From positions 109,278 to 129,277 of the forward strand of contig NW_026250448.1 in NCBI RefSeq assembly GCF_024521635.1: a DNA stretch of 20,000 nucleotides, given 5' to 3'. Numbering within the stretch: the stretch's first letter is position 1; every line of letters starts with the position of its first letter. The stretch comes from Tricharina praecox. Lineage: Eukaryota. Below are positions 11,074 to 20,000 of this stretch, in pieces. The notes below the pieces were generated by a model that searched no databases, was not told the DNA's origin, and worked only from the letters and a program-made list of their open reading frames with translations. The position numbers were made by a program, and so were the translations under genes.

Positions 11074-11395
11074 TGTGAGACTGGAACGGTTTCGGGACGC
11101 CGGAGTATTGGATAGATATCGAGTATAGAATAGAAGTCAGGGATTTCGATAATTCACAGCGGAATAATCTTAAGGGGTATCGCCGGCAGTGTTCAGTGTT
11201 CTGGTTCTGTGGTGTTAGGGTTTCCGGTGACGATAGTCGAGTGACTATATAGTCTACCCGTACACCTGAGCACGTGATCGGAAAACTGTGCCGTGGGGAA
11301 CTTCGTTGCAAATGCCTTTTTGAGTCATGTTCTGGCGTAAGCCCTACGAAGAGTCACCCACTGAGTCTAGACCGTAGAGTCGTGTAAGCTGTTGC
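11074..11395. mobile_element. Truncated LTR relic, related to the LTR at 12042-12733
   Basis: Starts TGTGAGACTGGAACG, is collinear with 11466-11761 over ~295 bp, and shares ATTTCGATAATTCACA.CGGAATAATCTTAAG with 12042-12141. Confidence 0.7.
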
Positions 11396-11461
11396 TGTCA
11401 CGGCTCGGGATGGAATGACGAAGGAAGGGCAGATGCAAGGATCGAAAGCGTTGGGAGGCAG
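11396..11461 (+). mobile_element. Degenerate fragment of the U3 end of the main element's LTR, opposite orientation
   Basis: TGTCACGGCTCGGGATGGAATGACGAAGGAAGGG matches the reverse complement of the 13960/19644 LTR end (TGTCACGGCTCGCGACGGAATGACGAAGGGAGGG). Confidence 0.75.
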
Positions 11462-11465
11462 GATG

Positions 11466-11830
11466 TGTGAGACTGGAACGGTTTCAGGACGTCGACTCTT
11501 TGATACATATCGAGTATAGAATAAAAGTCAGGGATTTCGATAATTCACAGCGGAATAATCTTAAGGGGTATCGCCGGCAGTGTTCAGTGTTCTGATTGTG
11601 CTGGTGTTGGGATTTTCCGTGACGATAGTCGAGTGACTATATAGTCTACTCGTACATCGAAGAACGTGATTGGAAAACTCTGTGGTGGGGAACTCCGTTA
11701 CAAACGCCTTTCAAGTCATGCTGTGGCGTAAGTGCTACGGAGAGTCACCCATTGAGTCTAGGCAGTGGATTAGCCGTACGCTGTCGTAGGGATAGCCGCT
11801 TCCGACTAGGCAAGAAGTGCTTACCACTGC
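11466..11830. mobile_element. Second LTR relic of the TGTGA-type family (right boundary uncertain)
   Basis: Direct repeat of 11074-11370; weaker similarity to 12042-12370 continues through GGATAG...GACTAGGCA. Confidence 0.68.
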
Positions 11831-12041
11831 CTACCCAAGCGTAGGTCAGAGTAAGCAGTACATATCTTCATCTCGGCACTGAAAACCAGCCCGGTTCTAC
11901 AGACTGTCATTTGTCAATGTCGATACATGGGTAATCGCGCGTCATAACAGGTTCCTAATCGGCGTTACCTTTGTACGCGGTTACATGGTGCACTGCCTCA
12001 TGCGATCTCAGCTGTATTGGACTTTACCGTGCATCACCCGT

Positions 12042-12733
12042 TGTGATACTGGAACGAGTTTGTGTCGTCGGAGTCTATGGTAATATCGAGTGTACAATAA
12101 AAGTCAGGAATTTCGATAATTCACAACGGAATAATCTTAAGAGTGTTTCTTCGATGGTTTGTTCGGTGCGATCATTGTGTTTTTTGGTTCAGTTGCCCGC
12201 TCGGTTCGACTTATAGTCGTCCCGATCCTCAGCACGGGATTCCTCTAGAGTGCGGCCTAACGTAGCTCCGTTGCTTCCTTTGCATCGGAGTTCCGCGGCC
12301 TAGCCTTGAGTCGTCGTCAGCTCTCTTCGGATAGTCTTCTTGACTAGGCAGGTGGTAAACACCACGTGCCCAAGATAGATCGGAGTTTCCGAGCAATTAT
12401 CTCCCTCATGCGCCGGCAGAGTTCTTCGCTCGAAGTTCTCTGCCCCCATAGGTCGATGTTCGATTCTCTCGTCATAACAGTTTTTCCCTGGATCGGAGTT
12501 CCTACTGCGGGGCGCTATGAACAGAGATCTCAAAGTCCTCTGGACTGTTATCCCGATCACCCGCATCTCCGATCACTGTCTAGACTCTGGAATCCGTTTG
12601 CTTCCTCCTTCCTATCTTGTCCTTGATCGCTTCTAACTATCCTTTCGGCTCGCAACTCTATTCTAATCACCCGGACTATCTAATCACATCTCTTGCGACC
12701 GTGGTGACCTCCGATACCTATCGGGGTGTCACA
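12042..12733 (-). mobile_element. 3' LTR (~692 bp) of a truncated Ty3/gypsy chromovirus (family 2)
   Basis: TGTGA...TCACA inverted termini; on the minus strand it directly follows the polypurine tract GGGAGGGGAGATGA (12747-12734) and an integrase C-terminus. Confidence 0.75.
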
Positions 12734-12825
12734 TCATCTCCCCTCCCACGAGGCTTCAGCCCGAAGCACCCAAGTCCTCGCCTTTATCCTCACCTGATAA
12801 CTGGGGATGAAGTCCTCCATCCCCT

Positions 12826-13350
12826 TCATCCTACTACCTGCCCGAGTTCGAGAAAACCACATGGGAAAAAACTCTTACTCATCTGTGAGCCGGTAGTCCC
12901 TCGGCGCATCGGGATTTGTGCGTGAAACTCACGTAGCTTTTCCCGACCGCCTACTGAGAAGTTGTCAAATGGCTCGTTCGTCCAGTCCCCTTGTTCGGGG
13001 TAGTTGAGCCATTTCACGAGGTAGAGCACTCGTCGACCTTTCTTCGAGCTGCCCATAACCTCATCGACGTCGTATTCTTCGTTGCCTTCCACATCATCGG
13101 CCTCTCGTAAGATCTGAGAGGGATCCGGTGGTGCTCGGGTGCCGGCTCGGAATGGTTCAACGAGCGAGACGTGAAAGACATTATGTATCTTCCACTTCCT
13201 TGGCAGAGTGAGCTTGACAGCGAGCGGCGATACGATCTTCTTGATTTGGAAGGGACCATGGTTCTTGTGGTCCAACTTCCGCGATGGTCGGCGGGTTTGA
13301 ATGTTCCGCCCGTTAAGCATTATCAAGTCTCCTACTTGATGTGCCGGTGC
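12826..13350 (-). pseudogene. pol: Integrase C-terminus (GPF motif) and chromodomain of the family-2 chromovirus, cut off by the LTR at 13351
   Basis: RPSRKLDHKNHGPF, IHNVFHVSLVEP, EEYDVDEVM...YLVKWLNYP...WTNEP; clearly diverged from the equivalent region of the main element. Confidence 0.88.
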
Positions 13351-13960
13351 TGTAACGGCACGGTCGGGCAAGGCTCCAGGTAGCGAAGTAGGGCTGGGGA
13401 TCGGGTTCTGGGTTCGGTAGAGGCAAGACGGGTTCAGGAGACAAGGTGAGGCAGGGCTCAGTGCAGACGGCAACTGGGAACAGAGGCAGGGACAAGGACT
13501 ACGGCGCAGACGGCAGCCGAGGCAAGGACAGAGGTAACAGTGGTTGAATTAACAAGTTGTTGCGTGAAGAACTAAATACAGAGGGGCAACGGCCCGTTTA
13601 TATAGAAAATCCTCCACTTCTTCCCGCAACCTGACAATGACGGTGGGCGTGTGCCAGACCCTGAGAAATCCACCTTATCAGTACCCCACTTCCGTGACTC
13701 ACACCCTGCGCAGCCGCACTACCCCTGCTTCCTGCACACAGCCCCAATCTCCTGCGACTCATTGCTGCGCTATCCCTGCTTCCTGCACACAGCCCCAATC
13801 TCCTGCGACTCATTGCTGCGCTATCCCTGCTCCCTGCACACAGCCCCCAATCCTCTGCGACTCATCCTTGCACTGCCGGTGCACTGCCTCTGCACTGCCC
13901 CCCAACTCTCCCGATCCTTGTGCCGACCCTCCCTTCGTCATTCCGTCGCGAGCCGTGACA
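13351..13960 (-). repeat. 3' LTR of the main element
   Basis: TGTAAC...GTGACA; direct repeat of 19035-19644 with about 7 substitutions by manual comparison. Confidence 0.96.
13723..13865. repeat. 51-bp tandem repeat (~2.8 copies) in LTR U3; also at 19407-19549
   Basis: Unit CCCTGCTTCCTGCACACAGCCCCAATCTCCTGCGACTCATTGCTGCGCTAT starts at 13723, 13774 and (degenerate) 13825. Confidence 0.92.
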
Positions 13961-13972
13961 GTAGTCCCTCCT
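13961..13972 (-). other. Polypurine tract
   Basis: Minus strand AGGAGGGACTAC immediately before the 3' LTR start TGTCAC. Confidence 0.7.
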
Positions 13973-16900
13973 AAGGCTCGAGTTCCCACGAGAGCAAGTT
14001 CGACTGGTCCAGGCTGCATGGGGTATCGTCGATGGAAGTCGTCCACAGCTTGTACTTCGGTAAGGTTCTCCTCTGGTTCCCATGATGGTGCCGCGTAGCC
14101 TCTCCATTTCACCAGGTACTGGAGTTTGCCCCTGAGGTTCCGGCTGTCGAGGACCTCTTCAACCTCCCATTCTTCCTGGTCGTCCACGATTACCGGCAGT
14201 GGGGGCAGTGGAATTTGTCCAGGGAAAGGATCATCGGAGGAGGCATGAAGGAGGGATACAGGAAATGTTCGGTGCTTCTGAACGGTGTCCGGGATGTCCA
14301 ATTCGTAGGCGTGGGTTCCGATTGTCCGAATCACACGGTAGGGACCATGGTGTTTGTTTTCCAGCTTGCGACTGGGTCTCTCGGTGCGCCAGTTCCGACC
14401 ATCCACCCATACCATGTCGCCTGGTTGGAAGGCTGGCGCAGGGGTTCGGTGTCGGTCGGAGTCGTCCTGTTGCCGTGCCTGGGCGTACCGCATTTCGCTG
14501 CGGGCGACGTCGTGGATTTGATGCAACCGTTCCGCCGCACTCTGAGCTTGATGTTCCTCCTTGGTGTCGACACGGATATCCAGCTCAAAGTCACACCGTG
14601 GGTGGTATCCTAGGTTAGCGAAGAATGGGGACAGGGTAGTCGTGTCGGAGACCTGGTTGTTGCCAGCGAATTCGGCCAAGAACAGGTAGTCGACCCAGTC
14701 ATCCTGGAGGTAGCTGACGTACGCGCGGAGGTGCTGTTCCATGACGGCGTTCATCCGTTCGGTTTGGCCGTCAGTCTGGGGGTGGAAGGCAGTCGACAGG
14801 CGTGGCTCGATCTTGAGGCATGAGCATAGGTGTTTCCAGAATCTCGAGGCAAACTGGGGACCCCTATCCGAGACGATGGTTTCTGGCAACCCGTGGTACC
14901 TGAAAATCCGGTCGCAGAACAGCTCGGCCAGTCCTTCCGAGGTGATGGTCGTGGTACATGGTAGGAGATGGCGTTGCTTGGTCAGTCGGTCAACAAAAAC
15001 ACAGATGGCGTCAAACCCCTTTGAGGCCGGTAAGCCAGTGACAAAGTCGACTGAGATGTGTTGCCATGGCTTCTCGGGTACTGGGAGGGGGCGCAGGACA
15101 CCATAGGGTGCGTGCCGGGTGGCCTTGGTTCGCCGGCAGGTGTGGCAGTTTCGGACAAACTGGTCGACGTCCTTTCGCATCTGTGGCCAGTAGTACCTTC
15201 GAGCAAGTAGTTCCAGGGTTTTCGCGCGCCCTGGGTGCCCCATGGTCGGTGGGTCGTGGTGGTCCTGGATCAGTCGTAGTCGGAGTCGGCCGTACTCTGG
15301 AACGTAGAGGCAGTCTCGGTAGATCAGTTGCCCGTTGACTTCGCGGCATTCGGCCAAGGAGATCTCCTTTGAATGGCGTGTACCATTTCGGAGTAGCTCG
15401 AGGATTCGATTCGGGACGGGGTCTATGTCGTAGCCTTCCGTTATCAGTGACGTGAGGAGGGGACGGTGTTGTTCGGGTGTGTTGGTTGCTGCCAACCGGA
15501 GCTCTTCCGGTAGGTTGTCTGGTTTCAGAACTGCCTGCTGGTTGTCAAGCAATCTTTCATCCCCTTCTTTAGGGAGGTCTCCTGACCTCCTGGTCAGTGC
15601 ATTCGGTTTTCCTCCCGCTTTGCCTGGTCGGTAGACAATCTTGAAATGGAAACGGGAAAGGAACTCTGACCATCGCGCCTGTCGTCGGTTGAGTAGTTTC
15701 GTTGTCATGAAATACTCCAGATTCTTGTGGTCGCTTAGGACTTGGATGGGGTGAGGAGCGCCCTCCAGATGTGGTCTTCACTCCTCAAAGGCGCGGACGA
15801 TTGCGAGGAGTTCTTTGTCGTAGATCTCGTAGTTGCATTCTGCCGGGGAGTGTTTCTTGGAATAGAATGCCACTGGGTGCAGAATTCCCTCGTCGTCGTA
15901 CTGAGATAGGACGCCGGCAGAGACGTAGTCGGAGGCGTCAGTTTCCACTACTATCTGCCGATCGTAGTCGAAGTGCCGGAGGATCGGGGCCGAGGTGAAT
16001 GCTGTTTTTAGTTCGTCGAATGCTTTCTGCTGTTCCGGTCCCCACACGAAGGGAACATACTTTCCATCCTCCTTCTTGGTCAATGCTGTCAATGGGGATA
16101 CCACCTTGGAATAGTCTTGGATGAATCGCCGGTAGAAGTTCGCAAATCCCAGAAAGCATTGCACATCGGTGACGGTACTCGGCTCCTCCCATTCCAGTAT
16201 GCAGGAGACTTTCGCTGGGTCCATCTTGATCCCGTTTGTTGTAATGATCAGTCCCAAATACTTGACTTCCGTCTGGTGGAAATGACATTTTTCGGGTTTG
16301 AGATGTAGACCGACTGCTGATAAGGCCTGAAGTACTTTCCTGACATGTTTCCGGTGTTCATCTAAGGATCCGCTGTAAATGAAGACGTCATCGATGAATG
16401 CGGTACAGAAGCCGTCGAGGAACGGGCGTAGCACATCGTTGATCAGAGCTTGGAAGTCGGCAGGGGCGTTGGTGAGGTCGAAGGGCATGACGAGGGATTC
16501 GAAGAGCCCGTAGCGTGTCCGGAAGGCAGTTTTCCACTCTTCTCCTTCCGCCATCCGCACAAGGTTGTAGGCACCGCGGATATCCAGGGTGGTGAAGTAT
16601 TTCGCCCCGGATAGCCGCATCAGAGTTTCTTGGAGGAGTGGGAGTGGGTACCTGTTCTTGATTGTTCCTTCGTTCAGGCCCCTGTAATCCACACACAGGC
16701 GTAGGGAGCCGTCCGATTTCTTGACAAACAGGATTGGCGATGCTGCTGGAGAGGAAGAGGCACGGATGAAACCTTTGCTGAGGTTGTCGTCAAGCCATTC
16801 CTTCAGTGCGACAAGCTCCGTTTTCGAAAGTGAGTACAGTGGTCCGTATGGGGGCGTAAATCCCTCCTTGAGTGGAATCTTATGGTCGTAGTGTCGGTGC

Positions 16901-17765
16901 GGGGGCAAGTTCTGGGCGAGGGCTTCAGAGAACAGCGGTAGGAACTCGTGATATTCGTGAGGGATATGTGCCGTGGGGTCCTTCTTTCCTTCCAGTGCGC
17001 CGTTGACCTCGGCAAGCGTGGTGTTGAAAATCGTGAGGCTTTCCTTGTTGACCAGTTCTTGGAATGATTCCATCTGTAAGGCTGAGATTCTGACTGTGCT
17101 TTCCCTTGAAAGGTTAGTGCATTCTTGGTGATTCTTCCTTGGGGGAGACGTAATGTAGCGGGCCACGATGTCGCCGGCCCCCGCGCTTACCGCTGGCTCT
17201 TGCTGAGCTACTTTTGACGCGAGAGCATAGGTAGATACGTCAGGCGGGTCGGTGGTGATTCCATGTGCAACTGTGGGCACTGCATTGCAGTTGGCTGTGC
17301 AGTACTGGGAGCCGAAGGTGAGGGTTCGGGAGCTGAACCGGATGGCCACATCGTGGAGGTCCATCCAGGGGATTCCGAGTACAACAGGGTAGTGGCCTAG
17401 TTTGGTGACAAACATAGGGATTTCCTCGTGGTGTTCCTGTATGGACAGAGTGGTGGTGGCAACATGTGTGATGTCGCCTGACTCGATGGGACGGCCATCG
17501 ATGATTTCGAGACTTCGCGGGGATTTCAGGGGTACGAGGGGTAGGAGGTGATGGCGGGCGAAGTCTTTGTCTACAAATGCAATTCCGGTTGCCCCACAAT
17601 CGATCAGCGCATGCGTGGCAATAGTTTTGTCACCAAACGAAAGGTTACACAATACAACAAGATGTTTTCCTTCCATTGATGATTCTTCCACAACCATTCC
17701 TGACACTGAAAGACTAGACAAACGAAAAATAGGGGACATAGGAGACAAAGAATTATCCTGGGTAC

Positions 17766-17811
17766 GACCAACAACAGTGCCATCAAGCGGTTGTTGGTCT
17801 AGGCTTTTCCC
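17766..17811 (-). promoter_or_regulatory. Putative -1 ribosomal frameshift signal (gag to pol)
   Basis: G_GGA_AAA heptamer in the gag frame (17811-17805), 5-nt spacer, then a perfect 10-bp stem GACCAACAAC/GTTGTTGGTC; pol is in the -1 frame. Confidence 0.8.
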
Positions 17812-18995
17812 GACTGCTGGGAGGTCTCGCCGCAATCCTGGTTGCAGTTGTGATAGGTGTGAGTCGGGGTGGTGTTGGTGGGCTGGGCTGACTCCAGCCG
17901 GGCGACGGCTGTTCGGAACGGATTTCGGTTCTTGTTGGGGCAGTGCCTGGCCATGTGGCCACTTCCCCCACAGTACAGGCAGCGGCCTTCGCGGAGCCGG
18001 GCAGCACGCTCTTGGTCTGGGATCCTGCGGCTGTTGGCACTCAAGTCCATGGCTCCGGGGGCCGTTCCTGTGGCAGTGGTCGTCGCGGGCATGGTGTTGT
18101 GGGTGGTGTGCCTGAGCGGCGCCGTGGGGTGTGGGGTGCTACTCTGCCGAGGGGGGTTGGTGCTGCGGCGTCCCTCACGAAGTTGGAGGGCACGCAGCTC
18201 GGAGTCGAGGCGTTGACAGAGGGCCACAAACTCATCGTAGTTGAGGCCCTGGGTACGGCCCACAAGTTGCCGGTGGAGTTCGATGGATACTCCCTCTCGC
18301 AGCGCGTCAAGTTTCGCATGCTCGTCCCAATTGAGCTTGGGAACAAGCATCTGGAATTCCGCAAAGTAGGAGGTGAACTCCTTATTGCCTTGTTTCAGGT
18401 GGTGTAGCTTGGCTCGAGCGGTGGCCGCTGGGTCAGGGTCACCAAATGCGTTGTTCAGGAGTGTGATGATCGCATCAGCGTCGGTTAGGGTGATGTTGTG
18501 ATTCTCGATGTACGGCAGGATCTGGGCTTGGGCGCGGCCTTCCAAGCGGTTGAAGGCATAGGCCATTCGGAGTGCTGGAGTTGGGAAACGGGCTGGGTCG
18601 CTGTACAGCTTGAGTCGAAGTTGCGCAACGAACCCTTCCAGTTTCTCGCGTGTTCCGTCGAACATGGCGGGCTCTGGGACACGCTCAGCGCGGCTTTGAG
18701 GGTGGGCTTCGACGGTGGGGAGGCGGTTGGCGATCCGGCGGGCATCGGCAAGTTGTTCTTCGAGGTCGTCGAATCGCCAGGTTGGTATCGCTGTCGGGGA
18801 CATGGTGATTGCGCGGGCAAGGATTCTGAATTCGTTGTACAACCCCATCAGGGTTGCATCATCGGCGGGTGCATCGTGATTGACGATGATTTCGAGTTGT
18901 TCGTAGATGGCGGCGGGAATTTCTCGGTAGAAGAAGGGAGCCACCGGTACTTCGTCCTGCTGGGGGACGTCGGGTACCTGAGTGTTGGTGGCCAT
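17799..18995 (-). CDS. gag: Gag protein, 398 aa
   Basis: Open ORF 39 nt inside the 5' LTR boundary; retrotransposon gag motifs (PAMFDGTR, LEGRAQ, LKQGNKEFTSYFAEF) and the zinc knuckle CLYCGGSGHMARHC. Confidence 0.93.
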   Translation of the reverse strand: MATNTQVPDVPQQDEVPVAPFFYREIPAAIYEQLEIIVNHDAPADDATLMGLYNEFRILARAITMSPTAIPTWRFDDLEEQLADARRIANRLPTVEAHPQSRAERVPEPAMFDGTREKLEGFVAQLRLKLYSDPARFPTPALRMAYAFNRLEGRAQAQILPYIENHNITLTDADAIITLLNNAFGDPDPAATARAKLHHLKQGNKEFTSYFAEFQMLVPKLNWDEHAKLDALREGVSIELHRQLVGRTQGLNYDEFVALCQRLDSELRALQLREGRRSTNPPRQSSTPHPTAPLRHTTHNTMPATTTATGTAPGAMDLSANSRRIPDQERAARLREGRCLYCGGSGHMARHCPNKNRNPFRTAVARLESAQPTNTTPTHTYHNCNQDCGETSQQSGKA

Positions 18996-19023
18996 GGTAG
19001 TTCGCTAGGTGGAGAGATAGGGG

Positions 19024-19032
19024 ACGCAACAA
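19024..19032 (-). other. Primer-binding site of self-priming type
   Basis: Minus strand TTGTTGCGT 2 nt after the LTR, no TGG tRNA-type start; complementary to ACGCAACAA within the LTR (19249-19241). Confidence 0.7.
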
Positions 19033-19034
19033 AG

Positions 19035-19644
19035 TGTAACGGCACGGTCGGGCAAGGCTCCAGGTAGCGGAGTCGGGCTGGGGATCGGGTTCTGGGTTCG
19101 GTAGAGGCAAGACGGGTTCAGGAGACAAGGTGAGGCAGGGCTCAGTGCAGACGGCAACTGAGAACAGAGGCAGGGACAAGGACTACGGCGCACACGGCAG
19201 CCGAGGCAAGGACAGAGGTAACAGTGGTTGAATTAACAAGTTGTTGCGTGAAGAACTAAATACAGAGGGGCAACGGCCTGTTTATATAGAAAATCCTCCA
19301 CTTCTTCCCGCAACCTGACAATGACCGTGGGCGTGTGCCAGACCCTGAGAAATCCACCTTATCAGTACCCCACTTCCGTGACTCACACCCTGCGCAGCCG
19401 CACTACCCCTGCTTCCTGCACACAGCCCCAATCTCCTGCGACTCATTGCTGCGCTATCCCTGCTTCCTGCACACAGCCCCAATCTCCTGCGACTCATTGC
19501 TGCGCTATCCCTGCTCCCTGCACACAGCCCCCAATCCTCTGCGACTCATCCTTTCACTGCCGGTGCACTGCCTCTGCACTGCCCCCCAACTCTCCCGATC
19601 CTTGTGCCGACCCTCCCTTCGTCATTCCGTCGCGAGCCGTGACA
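19035..19644 (-). repeat. 5' LTR of the main element
   Basis: 610-bp direct repeat of 13351-13960 with TG..CA ends. Confidence 0.96.
19281..19288 (-). promoter_or_regulatory. TATA box of the LTR promoter
   Basis: TATATAAA on the minus strand, ~30-40 nt upstream of the predicted self-primer/transcript start. Confidence 0.65.
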
Positions 19645-20000
19645 AAAGTACTTCAGGCCTTATCAGCAGCCGGTCTACATCTCAAACCCGAAAAATGTCA
19701 TTTCCACCAGACGGAAGTCAAGTATTTGGGACTGATCATTACAACAAACGGGATCAAGATGGACCCAGCGAAAGTCTCCTGCATACTGGAATGGGAGGAG
19801 CCGAGTACCGTCACCGATGTGCAATGCTTTCTGGGATTTGCGAACTTCTACCGGCGATTCATCCAAGACTATTCCAAGGTGGTATCCCCATTGACAGCAT
19901 TGACCAAGAAGGAGGATGGAAAGTATGTTCCCTTCGTGTGGGGACCGGAACAGCAGAAAGCATTCGACGAACTAAAAACAGCATTCACCTCGGCCCCGAC
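19645..20000 (+). mobile_element. pol: RT fragment of another copy of the main family, opposite orientation, continuing out of the window
   Basis: Near-identical reverse complement of 16338-15983 (KVLQALSAAGLHLKPEKCHFHQTEVKYLG...). Confidence 0.93.

Larger units (their letters stand above)
13810..17811 (-). pseudogene. pol: pol (protease, RT, RNase H, integrase, chromodomain) interrupted by one in-frame TGA at 15780-15778
   Basis: ALIDCGATG (PR); LRLCVDYRGLN, KTAFRTRYG, AFIDD (RT); ETDASD, YDKELLAI (RNase H); H..H/CHTC, SVDF, SDRG, QTERMN, HGPY (IN); EEWEVEEVLDSR..YLVKWRGY (chromodomain). The two ORFs are in one frame: RAFEE*RPHLEG..SDHKNLEYFMTT. Confidence 0.93.
13351..19644 (-). mobile_element. 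Near-complete Ty3/gypsy LTR retrotransposon (chromovirus, Tf1/sushi-like), 6294 bp
   Basis: Two 610-bp TG..CA LTRs, gag with CCHC knuckle, pol in the order PR-RT-RNaseH-IN-chromodomain, and a PPT next to the 3' LTR. Confidence 0.96.

Noticed and set aside
13723..13865. CRISPR-like array
   Set aside because: Units are contiguous with no unique spacers, lie inside LTRs, and the context is eukaryotic.
16385..16400. FIDD instead of YxDD as an inactivating RT mutation
   Set aside because: Both catalytic Asp residues are present, and FxDD variants occur in Ty3/gypsy RTs.
14199..19067. Plus-strand ORFs antisense to gag/pol
   Set aside because: Expected shadow ORFs of GC-rich coding sequence with no recognisable motifs.
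19031..19648. AAAG on both sides of the 5' LTR as a solo-LTR TSD
   Set aside because: The left side is the element's own PBS/gag leader and the right side is RT sequence, so they are not a split target; a 4-bp match is likely chance.

Overview
Eukaryotic DNA, most likely a filamentous ascomycete (short GT-AG introns with CTRAY branch points; fungal-type Ty3/gypsy elements). The left half (1-10108) holds three related spliced genes that the ORF track fragments. Gene A (<1-2089, +) encodes a CorA-like protein with two C-terminal TM helices. Gene C (4019-2686, -) encodes a stand-alone vWA protein with an intact MIDAS. Gene B (6213-10108, +, 14 exons, ~1009 aa by manual splicing) fuses a C-like vWA domain with a degenerate MIDAS, via a Pro/Ser-rich linker, to an A-like CorA-type region. 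Both CorA-like copies lack the GMN signature. This fused-plus-separate vWA/CorA-like cluster is the main candidate for an undescribed system. The right half is a transposon nest: a degenerate minisatellite, LTR relics, the 3' end of one chromovirus, a near-complete second chromovirus (13351-19644, -), and an inverted RT fragment of that second family. The near-complete element shows self-priming and -1 frameshift signals, one nonsense codon and no TSD. All gene models and family calls come from manual reading; no searches were run.
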